Source of the DNA: Octopus vulgaris | Lineage: Eukaryota | Assembly: GCA_951406725.2 (NCBI GenBank) | Contig: OX597833.1 | Location: forward strand, 10,168,001-10,232,000 | Reading direction: 5' to 3' | Length of the DNA stretch: 64,000 bases | The notes under the pieces: model-generated | The model's input: only the letters and a program-made list of their open reading frames with translations | Told to the model about the DNA's origin: nothing | Databases searched by the model: none | Translations under genes and position numbers: made by a program | Part shown: piece by piece, positions 14,540-27,118 of the stretch | Layout of the letters: each line of letters begins with the position of its first letter | Position numbering within the stretch: position 1 is the stretch's first letter

Positions 14540-14757
14540 TGATAAGGGTAAATGGTTTTATTTTCCTTTGGTTTCTGAATTACAACTATTTAGCGGTTTG
14601 AGTTTAGCTGCTCTTTCTAGTGGGTCGAATGGCCTATCAAGGCCATTCCTTAATATTGTTGAATGTATATTATATAGTCTGTTGACTATTTTTTCTTTCT
14701 CACTGGACCGCTGGTGGCGAAAATATTCCTCTTGAATTTTTTGCTACCCTTATATTG

Positions 14758-14814
<57 letters not shown>

Positions 14815-15299
14815 AGAAGACACCTACGTGGGACTGAGCCCAAAACCTCTTGATAACAAAGCAAGATACCAAAATAATTATAATATATTTGTTACACTCC
14901 TCCATATTTTCTTTTTTGTTTTTTTTTTTCAGTACGAACCTAAGTTTGTTGTTTTAGCAGTAGTTATTAGGGTTTTTTCCAACAGTAACATTCATATATG
15001 TCAACGGGTACACCCTAATTAACTGTCTCTGACCCCCACTCCTCACAGTCTATATAACGATGAGACTTTCGTTAACACATTTTTGGATACACTTTTCTTT
15101 CATTTTTTTTTTTTTCATTCTGTTAATCTTGTTTCCACGCAAATCCCTTACAGCAACACACTCACAAACATAACCAAACACATCCTTTATTTTGTCCTGC
15201 ACTGTCCATGATGTTTTCCCTAATGTAAACCCTTAGTGGTAAATTTTCAAAAAAATCCCTTATTTTTTGGTTTGGCTCGGGTTCGTTCTTATTCCTTGT

Positions 15300-15540
15300 A
15301 TGATTTACGTGGGTAGCGGGTTACTACCTGTAACCTTAGGTATCCACAAGCTTTCAGCAATCTTGGGACTCTCCTGATAATTCTTGAGGAATAAACTTTC
15401 TGTAGAATTTCTACCGGGAATTCTATTCCAATCTCCTTCTGCCATTTGTCTGATATCTTCGCTTAACGTTCCCAATACACCAATTATTATAGGCACTACC
15501 TTTATTGTTCGCATACTCCAAAACCTTCCTATTTCAAATT
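15300..15540 (-). mobile_element. 3' fragment of R4/Dong-like non-LTR retrotransposon
   Basis: …EIGRFWSMRTIKVVPIIIGVLGTLS… matches the C-terminal motif after the REL endonuclease. Confidence 0.7.
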
Positions 15541-15562
15541 ATTATCATTATCTATAACATTA

Positions 15563-15962
15563 CTAGTAGTACAGCCCGGCGTTGCTCGGGTTTGTTTTCT
15601 TTTCGACCTTTTAGAATTGGAATTTTTTTAAAGTAAAAATTTTGGCATTATGTAGCTTGTTATACTCTTTAAGTGAACATTTTTCTGGTTGAAATACACC
15701 GAAAAATGGCGACACAGCAGTAAAAGAAATCGTAAAAAAAATAGGGATTTTTATAGAAAAAAAAGCACCTTTTTGATGTAAATAATTTTTGGTGTTAACA
15801 TGGTCCGATTTGAATGTTTTCTTCTACGGAAGGAAGAGCAAGCCTTCTTCTATCATACTCTCAATTTTGGTCAACTTGCGCCGCAGGGTCTCGGAGGAGA
15901 TAGTGTTAGTTGCAGGCTACCAAACCCGTCACACACAGACAACTTCTGCTTTATATATAAAG

Positions 15963-15963
<1 letters not shown>
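15563..15963 (-). mobile_element. Non-autonomous Helitron, subfamily 1
   Basis: Minus strand starts TCtttatatataaag and ends cccgagcaacgccgggctgtactaCTAG; body shared with 25350-25690. Confidence 0.8.
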
Positions 15964-16042
<79 letters not shown>

Positions 16043-16048
16043 TATTAT

Positions 16049-16744
16049 TGAGTGAGAGAGCAGTACATGCCATCAGAGAGACACTAAGGTAAAATATACG
16101 AAGCCCAGTATACCCATCATGATTACCCGTCTGATAAGGGTACATTCGGCACGTGCATCTCAACCATATATGTGCGACATAGTGATCTCATATCCAGATA
16201 AACAGAGCATCACCTTGCAGGTGGGCCCCAGTTAGAATTTTCTTCAGGTCGAGTAGCCCGTCCAACTCGAAAGGTCCCTGAATTAGGTTTGTTTTAAGGA
16301 GGTTGAACGAAGCACCCATGTTTTCAGAGGCGAACTATTTAAACCCTAAAGAATTCCTCTCAAAAGACGGCTATGGTACTCCCCCACTACTTCTGCTCGT
16401 GATCAGAGATGCACATATCGTCAGCCACTAAGGGACATGGTCAACTGGTTAAGGTCAAACAAGTGACAAGCAAATCTGTGGTATTGAGCAGAATATTTGC
16501 TGTAGCCCATCTTTTATACCAAGACAAAACAATGTACATGATAACACTTCCAGTCAGTTAAGATCAGAAGCCATGAGAGCCACTGCCTGGTACTGCATCA
16601 GGGCATAGCAAATCTGTGGTATTGAGCAGAATATTTGCTGTAGCCCATCTTTTATACCAAGACAAAACAATGTACATGATAACACTTCCAGTCAGTTAAG
16701 ATCAGAAGCCATGAGAGCCACTGCCTGGTACTGCATCAGGGCAT
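16049..16744. repeat. Unclassified element next to (ATT)n with a terminal 138-bp tandem duplication
   Basis: 16469-16606 is repeated at 16607-16744. Confidence 0.65.
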
Positions 16745-16801
16745 TTCTTCTTCTTCGTCATACATATATATATGTATGTATGGAGATAGATAGATAGATA
16801 G

Positions 16802-16848
<47 letters not shown>

Positions 16849-17098
16849 TATATATATGCAGAGAGAGGGTGAGAGAGGTTATAGTAGTGGGTTGACAGAG
16901 ACGTATGGGTATATATGGGTAAGTAGTAGCTGTGTATATATGAACAGGTGCAATCTTCACATGATTTTCCGGTGTTTATATAAACACATACGATAAACAT
17001 TGCAAATAACAATTCCCGCCGAAAAACTATTTAAAAAAAAAAAACAGCAACAAAAAAAACGTAAGACAACAAAACACACAAGCACGTATGTTCCCCAC

Positions 17099-17139
<41 letters not shown>

Positions 17140-17288
17140 CGCCATTGTGCATGTATGTTAGTATGTATGTATGTGTGTATGTAAGAATGTATGTCAGTGT
17201 ATGTTTGCATTTATGTGTAAGTATACATGTACATAAATGTGTGTATGCAAATATATATGTGTGTGTGTGCATATATATATATATATAT

Positions 17289-17345
<57 letters not shown>

Positions 17346-17346
<1 letters not shown>

Positions 17347-17721
17347 TAGCAGTATCGCCCGGCGTTGCTCAGGTTTGTAAGGGAAATAACTATAAAGCAT
17401 TTTTAGAGAGTTATAGCCAAAAAATAGCAAAAAAATGGAAAAAAATGATGGTAATTTTTTTTTTTAGTTAAAAAAGGTGGAGTTGCGTCCCCTAGACAGT
17501 TTGTGTTTTTGATTCTGGACCCCATGTCGAATTTATCGATTTTTTTCAGAACTGGGGGAACTTTTCAAAATTTTCGCTGCTTTAGTTTTGAATTATGACA
17601 TTGGGCTATGTGTGTGTCAAGTTTCATCAGAATCGGTTGAAAGCCGTGGTCAGGGTGAAGGTACAAGCAAACAGACACACAGAAACACGCACAGACAAAC
17701 TGCCGTTTATATATAGAGAGA
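17346..17721 (-). mobile_element. Non-autonomous Helitron, subfamily 2, inserted in (TA)n
   Basis: 5' TCtctctatatataaacggcag; 3' hairpin plus ctgCTAG; homologous to 25754-26123. Confidence 0.82.
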
Positions 17722-17729
17722 TATATGTA

Positions 17730-17800
<71 letters not shown>

Positions 17801-17805
<5 letters not shown>

Positions 17806-18008
17806 ATCCAAACAAGAAAGCACAAAAAAAAAACACAACAACGCGAGGACGTGGAACAAATATAATATTATGGGACGCTCAGGAAAGAAGGAAAGAAGGA
17901 GGGTTTAACGTTTCGAGCGGAGCTCTTCGTCGGAAACATAGAAGGAAAGATCCAGAGAAGGGAAGACAGAGGGAAAAAAAATCGCCAACGGTACACACGA
18001 GGTCACAT
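17801..18008 (-). mobile_element. ~200-bp hammerhead-bearing element, family H1
   Basis: TA-flanked; homologous to 19560, 26178, 27119 and 61572; motif guuu CCGACGA a gagc ucc gcuc GAAACGUU aaac at 17903-17937. Confidence 0.75.
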
Positions 18009-18111
18009 TTATATATACATATGTATAAGTATATATGTATGTATGTGTGTCTATGTGTGTATGTATGTATGAATGTACATATATGTATATATGCATATAT
18101 ATATGTGTGTA

Positions 18112-18156
<45 letters not shown>

Positions 18157-18315
18157 TTTTATTTGTTTCAGTCATTTGACTGCGGCCGCGCTGGAGCACC
18201 ACCTGGACGCTTTCAAAGAATAAGTCCTGGGATCGATTTTCTCGACGAAAGGCGGTGCTCCAGCATGACCCGAGTCAAATGACTGAATCAAGTAAAAGAA
18301 TAAAAGAACCATCGC

Positions 18316-18366
<51 letters not shown>

Positions 18367-18776
18367 ACTATCACCCTCGTCTTTACTACAAGAATCTCTA
18401 CTCTTACCGCTACTCCCGATTTATCCTCCCAATTCCAGCACACCCAGACACCCACCAAAAACACAACTTCCATACATCCTTCATCTTCGCAGACCCAACA
18501 CATCTATCACATTCTGGTGTTGCTTGATTGAGGTCGACAGCTGTTAGCACAAAAAATATTACAAATGGACGAACACTTTTGAAAGGAATGGAACCTTTTA
18601 GAGACCATCTGGTTGTTTTTCACAAGACTCTTTGTTGTTCTTTATTTGAATTCTCATCATTTTTGCTATCACTGCCGCAAAATTACCAGCTGCATGAAGG
18701 AGATTAAATTATACTACATGTTGCTGTCTCTCTTATTGTTGTTTAGTCCCAGCAAATGACAGTCTATGTGCTTAAT

Positions 18777-19208
18777 ATTGGGTCATCGCATAAATAATGC
18801 GTATTTTTTTATACTTCTATTTCTCAAAATTAAGATAAACAAAGTTCTTTTTAAATCTAAAATATACTCTCCTTCATTTTTTACAATGCTCTTCCATCTC
18901 TCTGGGAGACTTGCAAAGCCCCACTTCCAAAATTCACTTGTCCGTGACGAAAATTACTCCTCCAGTACTGATCGGATCTCGTCTATAGAATTCATATTGT
19001 TTTGTCCAAATGATTTTGAAGACTGTGGAATAAATGCTAATCAAATGGGGCATTGGCCGGCGAATATGGTGTGTGGAGCATCGTTTCCCATTCAAACTGC
19101 TCCAGCCTTTGGAATGTCATCCTCACTATATGTGGCTGAGCATTATCCAGATGGAGGAACACCTTTCGTCTTGAAGCCAAAGATGGTCGTTTTCCTTCTA
19201 GCGCTGAC
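18777..19208 (-). mobile_element. Mariner (DD34D-type) transposase 3' remnant
   Basis: KRPSLASRRKVFLHLDNAQPH…LEQFEWETMLHTPYSPANAPFD*HLFHSLQNHL resembles mariner HDNARPH / HPPYSPDLAPSDYHLF. Confidence 0.88.
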
Positions 19209-19213
19209 TTAAA

Positions 19214-19476
19214 CACATTGGGCAAGTGTTTTCTATTATTGGTTCGGGCCGACCAAATCTTGTGTGTGGATTTCGTGGACGGAAACTGAAAGAAGCCCAT
19301 CGTATAGATATGTGTACGTTGATGTGTCTGTGTTTGACCCCTACACACACACACACATACACGATCGCTTGGGATAAGTGCCAGCCTTACGAAGAATAGA
19401 TCTTGCGGTCGATTAGTTCGACTAAAGGCGGTGCACCAGCATGGCCGTAGTCAAATGACTGAAACAAGTAAAAGAA
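19214..19476 (+). mobile_element. SINE B, truncated and degenerate
   Basis: ttgggcaagtg…ggaaactgaaagaagccc…cagcatggccgtagtcaaatgactgaaac. Confidence 0.75.
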
Positions 19477-19481
19477 TATAT

Positions 19482-19559
<78 letters not shown>

Positions 19560-19562
<3 letters not shown>

Positions 19563-19870
19563 AATCCAAACGGGAAACAAAAAAACAGCAACAATGGAAC
19601 AATTACAGTATTATTATTAATAGGCGCTCAGGAAATGGAAGCAGGGAGGTATGACGTTTCGAGCGGAGCTCTTCGTCGGAAACATAAAGAAGGAAGAGAG
19701 AGGAAAGAAAGATCCCGGAGCGGGCAACGGAGATAGAGAAAAAACGACTGGTGTTAGGAGTAGCACATGGTGAAAGGCGGATGTTTGCGATAACAAGAGC
19801 AAAGTGGGTTTTTAAAGGCAAAAGAGTGGAGACAAGGTTGGTAACGCAACAGATGTGTGTGTATGTGTGA
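19560..19870 (-). mobile_element. H1 element, longer variant
   Basis: guuu CCGACGA a gagc ucc gcuc GAAACGUC auac at 19649-19683. Confidence 0.68.
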
Positions 19871-21256
19871 GTGTGTGCGTGTGCGTGTGTGTATGTGTGT
19901 GTGTGAGGCGAGGTAAAAAAACAAAAAATATATGTATGTGTTAGTGTGTGCGTCTGTGTGTAGGCGTGTGAGGTAGGGCGAGACGGTGGTCAGCATAGCA
20001 GCAGCATAGCAGACAAAGGTCAGTAGTAAGAAAAGGGAGGAAGGAGGAAGGGAGGGAGGGGAAGGGGTGGGGGCGTATGTAGCGTGCCAGCGTGTGTTGA
20101 GTAGTAGTGTGTGTGTGTGTCCAGTGTCGTGGTAGTATTAGTGGCGAGTAGATTGAATGTGTGTAAGAGTAATGTATATGTTTAAGCAATGTGTGTATAT
20201 GTGTGCGCGTGTGTGTAACGAAAAAAAAGGGGGGGTAGGAAAAGGACTCCAGCGAAGGGGAAGATGGAAGAGTGGTCCCGCGGAGACGGGCGTGGGAAAA
20301 CCCAACGACAAGCGACATCCCAGGAACGGGCGGGAGGTCTCGTCGGGTCCAAGGGCGAGGTGCATGCGGCGCGCATGCGTGCGCGAACCGGCGCAAGCGC
20401 GTGTGTGCGCGCGCCTGCGAGTGTGCGCGTACGTATGTGTGTGTGTGGATGTGTGAGTGTGTCTGTGTGTATGTCTGGGTGGCAGTGTGTCCGATGAATG
20501 TATGTGAGTATGTGTGTATATATGTGTGTGCATAGATGTATGTCCGTGTGTGTGTGTGTGTGTGTATGTGTATGAGTGTGTATGTATGTACGTGTGGGTG
20601 TGGGGAAGTGTGTGTATGTGCATGTGTGTGCGCGAACATACAGGTGTGTGAGTGAGTGCGTGTGTGTGTATGTATGTGTGAGTGTGTATGTATGTGTGTG
20701 TAGGATGCATGTATGTGTATGGGTGTATGTATGCGTGTGTGTATGTATGTATGTGTACGTGCGTGTGTGTGTGTGTATGCGTGTAGGTGTGCGCGTGTGC
20801 ATGCGTGCATGTATGTGCGTAGTGCATGTGTGTGTGTGCATGTGTGTGGGTATATATGTGTGTGCGTATATGTGTGTGTATGTGCGTACATGTGTGTGTG
20901 TATGCATGTGTGTGTGTAGGTGTGTAGGCGTGTGTGTATAGGTGTATGTATGTAAGTATGTATGGGTGTGTCCGTGTATGTGTGTATGTATGTGTGTGTA
21001 TGTAGCTGTGTGGGCGTGTGTATATGTGTGTGTATGTAGGTGTGTGGGCGTGTGTATATAGGTGTATGTATGTATGTCTGGGTGTGTCCGTGCATGTTTG
21101 TGTGTGTGTGTGTATGCATGTGTATGTAGGTGTGTGTGTACGTGTGTAATGTATGTGTGTATGCGTGTGTATGCGTGCGTGTGTGTATGTAGGTGCGTGT
21201 GTATATATATATATATATATATACTTTATTTTAAGCAGCAGAAAATTCAACAAAAT

Positions 21257-21294
21257 CTGTTACTCTGAGTTTCTCGTTGCCGTTCATCAGACAG
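21257..21294 (-). ncRNA. Minimal type I hammerhead ribozyme
   Basis: CUGU CUGAUGA a CG GCAA CG a GAAAC UCAGA GU A ACAG: stem I CUGU/ACAG, canonical core, GUA site. Confidence 0.75.
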
Positions 21295-21557
21295 TTTTTG
21301 CTAGAATGGAACTAATATATCAATTCAATCTATACTCTTACAAACGCTACACCTTTAAAAAGAAATGGACTTGTTTGATTGGCCCTTTAGAAAAAAACGG
21401 TCAATCTTCGAGCGATAAACAAAAAGGTCAAAAATATATGTATATATATATATAAAAAAACTTATAAAAATTATAAAATCCGAGGAAAAAACCTATTGAC
21501 GTTAATGAAGACAGTGCAAATTAATGCATAGAAATTAAACCTGTTATAAATACTGCA

Positions 21558-21643
<86 letters not shown>

Positions 21644-22020
21644 ATGTGTGTGTTTACATATATATAGTCATATATGTATGTGATATGTCTACAAGAATTC
21701 AACCGGGATAAAGTTATTATCGTAGACGCCAAATCCATTTCAATTCTTGAAAATGAGATTGTGAATGTCTGGTGACCTGCCATGTGATCTTAGAACCTTC
21801 GTTGTTCTTAACTAAATGCCGAAAAGCAACTAACAAGAAAATGGGAAATTTTAAAATCAGGAAGATAAAACTTCAACACAGACGAGTATTGAACGAAACT
21901 TATTTAAAAAGGATACTGTTACCAAATAAGAGTCTGTTTGTCTATCTGTCTGTCTGTATGTGTGTGTATGTAAGTATGTATGTACGTATGTATGTATGTA
22001 CGTATGTATATATATGTACG

Positions 22021-22055
<35 letters not shown>

Positions 22056-22058
<3 letters not shown>

Positions 22059-22475
22059 ATCAAAATAAGCGACAAGGATATCCAAAAGTAGTGTAGTACA
22101 ATCGTTTCATACTACTTCATTTAATTAAACAATGTAAGTATTACATCAGTTTTAAAATGTAGAGCACTCTTCAGCCACATATAGAATTTTTTAAAAATTA
22201 AATTGACAATGTTCATTTTTATGCTTAATTCTATTTGCCAACATTACAAAGAGGGTAGGTATATAGACAGTGCTCTACATTTTGAAACTGATGTAATACT
22301 TACAGTGTTTAATAAAATTAAGTAGCATGAAACGATTGTACTACACTACCTTGGATATCCTTGTTGCTTATTTTGATTATAATCACCCCATTTGATTTAT
22401 ATGGATACCATAATACCATACCAAATTCTGGTGCCTTTAACTTAAGTACCATATTCATCTGAATCTAAACTTTTG

Positions 22476-22478
<3 letters not shown>
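22056..22478. mobile_element. TA-flanked arm-spacer-arm+tail fold-back element
   Basis: 22056-22168 inverted at ~22269-22380, followed by ~95-nt tail. Confidence 0.8.
22092..22179 (-). ncRNA. Type I hammerhead with long stem II insertion
   Basis: UGUGG CUGAAGA GUGCU…AGUAU GAAAC GAUU GU A CUACA; stem I UGUGG/CUACA. Confidence 0.65.
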
Positions 22479-22529
<51 letters not shown>

Positions 22530-22767
22530 GTCATTATTCCGTTTATTTCAAGATTTTTTGCCAATATAGAAGGAACTTCTTTCTAACATAGATCCAAGGC
22601 TCCTTCATTGTAATTTCAACATCAACAACTGGGTATTTTTATGTGTATGTATGTATGTATGTATGTATGTATAAGTATGTAAGTATATGTATGTAGGTGC
22701 AGGTTTGTATGTTTTATGTATGTTTTCCCATGCATATAGTTGCATATCTAGACATGCACATATATAT

Positions 22768-23420
22768 TTAAATGATTAACTTCAGGAAAGTTTTACAGAT
22801 TTTTACAGTTCCAGTGGTGGATCGGATCTGTAGTCTTCGAATTAGCTTTCTCCATTCTGGTTCTGAGAAGCCTAATTTCTCAAGATTGGCTTTTAGGCCG
22901 TATGTTACATATCCCAGAGCCCCAATAATCACAGGTATAAACCTGAACTTATAATCTGGATAGAGTAACTGCAAATTTCTCAATAGTTCAGCCTGGATGT
23001 TCACTTTATCACTGATCTTCAACTTTACGTTAACATCCGCTGGACAGTTAATTTCCACAACTGTACACAGTTTCTCTTCTCTATCCCAAATCACTATATC
23101 AGGCCTGTTGTGCTTACATTTTATCGAGGTACATTCCACCAGCATTCCTTTTTATTATGAGTGGCCATGGAATCTACCATATTGTGGATTTTTATTTCTT
23201 TATCCTCAGGGCTATCCTTCAGACGGATTTCATTATAGAGTGCCCTAGCTACAACGTCATGTCCCATCGGTAGATAACATTGTGATGACATTTTCGGAAA
23301 ACTGCTTATAATGTGGGTGGTATCTTGAGTGTGAACTCTACAAAGTCTGCATAGGTTATCATATTTTGCGGCTTTATCTACATATCTATCCCTTTTGTGC
23401 ATCAGGTACTTCGTTGATAT
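22768..23420 (-). mobile_element. 3' part of R4/Dong-like LINE: CCHC knuckle plus restriction-like endonuclease, with (CATA)n tail
   Basis: CRLCRVHTQDTTHIISS…HDVVARALY…HNRPDIVIWDREEKLCTVVEINCP…FIPVIIGALG, frameshifted. Confidence 0.9.
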
Positions 23421-23449
23421 TATATATCAACCAAGTACCTGATAGACAA

Positions 23450-23495
<46 letters not shown>

Positions 23496-23496
23496 T

Positions 23497-23696
23497 TAAA
23501 ATAGGGAGGGCCGGTTTATGGGATTACTTTAGGTTTCCCGTCCATAAAGGTTTTAGCTTTATGGTATGTCGTAAGATCCGAAAACAGGAGGTCTTCGGGC
23601 GACAGGTTTTGGGATATGACTATACGCCATAAAGCTAAACCGTTTATGGACGGGAAGCCCAGGTTAATGCCATAAACCAGCCTTCCCCATTTTTAA
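23497..23696. repeat. Hairpin/MITE-like element between TA tracts
   Basis: ~70-bp imperfect inverted arms; second copy at ~34797-34912. Confidence 0.7.
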
Positions 23697-23759
23697 TATA
23701 TACTGCTCTATATCTTAGAGGGTGCCTCTTCTTTCGGATTTATGTTTTCTACAAACGAT

Positions 23760-23950
23760 ATGTGTGTGTGTGTGTGTGTGTGTGTGACAACCGGTGTTGG
23801 TGTGTTTACACCCCGTAACTTAGCAGATCGGCATGATAGACTGATAGTATTAGTACTAGGCTTACAAAGAGTAAGTCCTGGGGTCGATTTGCTCGACTGA
23901 AGGCGGTGCTCCAGCATGGCCGCAGTCATATGACTGGAACAACTAAATGA
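23760..23950 (+). mobile_element. SINE B 3' half
   Basis: gacaaccggtgttggtgtgtttac…ggcggtgctccagcatggccgcagtc. Confidence 0.75.
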
Positions 23951-23979
23951 ATAAAAAAAACAAAAGAATATACATACAA

Positions 23980-24015
<36 letters not shown>

Positions 24016-25349
24016 TTCATAAGATTTTATAGTTTGCTTGAAGCATTGTATATGGAATATAATGTTGAAAGATTTAAAAGGCCAAACAATGCAAATAGGT
24101 TTTAAGATGAGGTAACGTAAACTAAAAGTAAGTTACCAGGTAATCTTTGGTCGTATATGTCTCCAGTATTTCGGGACATACAAGTCCCTTCTTCAGGGTT
24201 AAAAATGGAACTGTCCCTGGAAAGATGTTTTATAAGAGAAAGATTGTCCAGATTGTGTGTTGGTGGTGGTGGTGGCGATGATAATTATCTTTAAGAATGG
24301 AGATAAAGAGAAATTGAATGGGAGTTAGAGGTAGAAAGAGAAGTTGTAAATTTTGGAGTGAATCCGACGGGATGTAGTGGGCTTTAACCCCGGCAAAAAA
24401 AATAATATCTGTTGCGTTTCTGAAAGAGGTGAAGTAGGAATATTGAAACTTTTGCGGCTGTCATTGATAGACTCGTTGTAGAATAAATAGAGACGGCGAA
24501 AAAAGAGAGAGCTCGAGAAAGAAAAGGTGATATATGAAAGAGAGGACGGGAAAATGAAATATTTTGCAATGTAAACATGATTTGTTTTAAGAGAAAGATT
24601 GTCATGATTGTGTGTTGGTGGTGGCGATGATAATTATCATTAGGAAAAAGAGTGAGTGAGTGAGGAAGACATAAGAATACATAAGTTGTGGCGATGATAA
24701 TTGTAGACCCCTTTTCACATTTTGATGAAGAGAACCTGATTTCATTCAGGTGTACTGGGGCCACATATAGGTGTGTGCGTGTGTGTGTGCACGCTGTAGA
24801 AATTAAATTAGAGATAAAACCACTAATAGGGAAATGAAACAGTAAAAAAACAAAAACAAAAACATAAAAATAAAAATATAATATTAGATATATGTATATA
24901 TGTGTGTGTGTGTGTGTGTGTTGACAGGTAGACAATAGAATGCGATGGCGATGGCGATGGCGATGGTGATGTAATATTTGTTTCTATCTATGAACGCTGA
25001 TAGATACATGAGTAAAATGTATGGGAAGCTAAGAGATAAACTGAGTGAAAATGTTCTTGGAAGAGAGGAAATAGCGAGAGAGTGATTTGAGGAAGATTTT
25101 ACATTAAATAACGGTAGTGGACTTGTGAAATGAAGAGGAGTGAGGGGGTACTGGAGGAAATAGGGTGAGTGAGGAAGATGGCCCCTAGCAACCACACCTT
25201 TTAAGATAGGGATTTGTAAGGTAGCGCACGAGCATCGTCACCTCATTCTACATGTCCCTGTAAATTTTGGAGCGAATCGGACGGGATGTAGTGGCATTGA
25301 AAGCGATCCAAGCGGTAAAAATGCATTTCAGTTTTATATATAGAGAAGA

Positions 25350-25690
25350 TATATATAAAGCTGAAGTTGTCTGTGTGTATGGCAGGTTTTGTAGCCTTCA
25401 ACTAACACTATCTCCTCCGAGACCCTACGGTGCAAGTTGACCAAAATTGAGAGTATGATAGAAGAAGGCTTGCTCTTCATTCCGTTGAAGAAAAAATTCA
25501 AATCGGACCATGTTAACACAAAAATTTATTTACATCAAAAAGGTGCTTTTTGCCTATGAAAACCCCTATTTTTTACGATTTTTTGACTGCTGTGTCGCCA
25601 TTTTTCGGTGTATTTCAACCAGAAATACACCGAAAATTCCAATTCAAAATGGTCGAAACAAACTCGAGCAACGCCGGGCGATACTGCTAG
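25350..25690 (+). mobile_element. Non-autonomous Helitron, subfamily 1
   Basis: Ends cgagcaacgccgggcgatactgCTAG before t; body matches 15563-15963. Confidence 0.8.
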
Positions 25691-25753
25691 TATATATATA
25701 TATATATATATATATGTTTGTTCTTCTTTGTTTGGATTCACTATATGTATATA

Positions 25754-26121
25754 TCTCTCTATATATAAACGGCAGTTTGTCTGTGCGTGTTTCTGTGTGT
25801 CTGTTTGCTTGTACCCTCACCCTGACCACGGCTTTCAACCGATTCTGATGAAACTTGACACACACATAGCTCAATGTCATAATTCAAAACTAACGCAGCG
25901 AAAATTTTGAAAAGTTCCCCCAGTTCTGAAAATAAATCGATAAATTCGACATGGGGTCGAGAATCAGAAACACAAACCACAAACTCCACCTTTTTTTAAA
26001 TCTCAAAAAAAAATTTACCATCATTTTTTTCCATTTTTTTGCTATTTTTTTACTATAACTCTCTAAAAATGCTTTATAGTTATTTCCCTTACAAACCTGA
26101 GCAACGCCGGGCGATACTGCT

Positions 26122-26123
<2 letters not shown>
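25754..26123 (+). mobile_element. Non-autonomous Helitron, subfamily 2
   Basis: TC start; 3' gagcaacgccgggcgatactgCTGG. Confidence 0.82.
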
Positions 26124-26177
<54 letters not shown>

Positions 26178-26179
<2 letters not shown>

Positions 26180-26383
26180 GTGAATCCAAACAAAGAAGAA
26201 CAAGCATGAAAATACAACAACGCGAGGACGTGGTACAAGTAATGTACCTCAGGAAAGACGCTCAGGAAAGGAAAGAAAGAGGATTCAACGTTTCGAGCGG
26301 AGCTCTTCATCAGAAATATAGAAAAGTCCAAAGAAGGGAAGGCGGAGAAAGAAAATCGCCAACGACACACACGCGGTCACATA
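26178..26383 (-). mobile_element. H1 element with canonical hammerhead core
   Basis: auuu CUGAUGA a gagc ucc gcuc GAAACGUU gaau at 26283-26317. Confidence 0.78.
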
Positions 26384-26713
26384 TTGAAATGACCGGAAGG
26401 GAATGGGTGAAGAAAAATTACTTTCTAAGACAGGAGAATGCAAGAGAAGGAGGTATATGTGTGTATGTGCGTGCGCGCAGGTCTGTGTGTTTGTGTGTGT
26501 ATTTATGCGTGTACGTGTGTGTATTCGTGAAGTTGTGTGTGGATTTACACCGAGAGAGGGAGTGAGAGAGAGAGATACAGCCCTCCACACACACACACAC
26601 ACATGAGTGCGCATGTAGCTGTCACGGAAAAATATAGACAACCAAATTCACAGAATTTATCGAGAAATACTTATAAATACTTATAGAGCCACTTAAGGTA
26701 TATTCTCTTGCGC

Positions 26714-26774
<61 letters not shown>

Positions 26775-27118
26775 CTTCTGTAAGTATAAGTATGAATGAG
26801 TGTATGCGTGTGTATATATATATGTATATGTATATGTACATATTTGTGTGTATATATGTATATATAGAGATATAAGTGGCCTCACATGACGGTATGTGAC
26901 GTTTACGGAAAGGACATTGAATAACTGTAACAATGCCATGCGGAAGATGCCAAGCGTACAATCCTTATGAGTGACCATCCTTAGAACTGTGGAAAGTACA
27001 ACGGAATACGCACTTATACATGTGCGATCACGTGTGTATGCGCGCGCATGCGTGTGCACGTCTGCGTGCATATGAATATACGTGTATGCAAGCGTGTCTA
27101 TGTATATATGTATATATA

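Larger units (their letters stand above)
13800..14662. repeat. Near-perfect ~417-bp-arm inverted repeat (Penelope-like pLTR fold-back) next to (TA)n
   Basis: Arms 13800-14216 and 14245-14662 are reverse complements with few mismatches; ~28-nt spacer; further partial copy at ~14712-14760. Confidence 0.92.
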
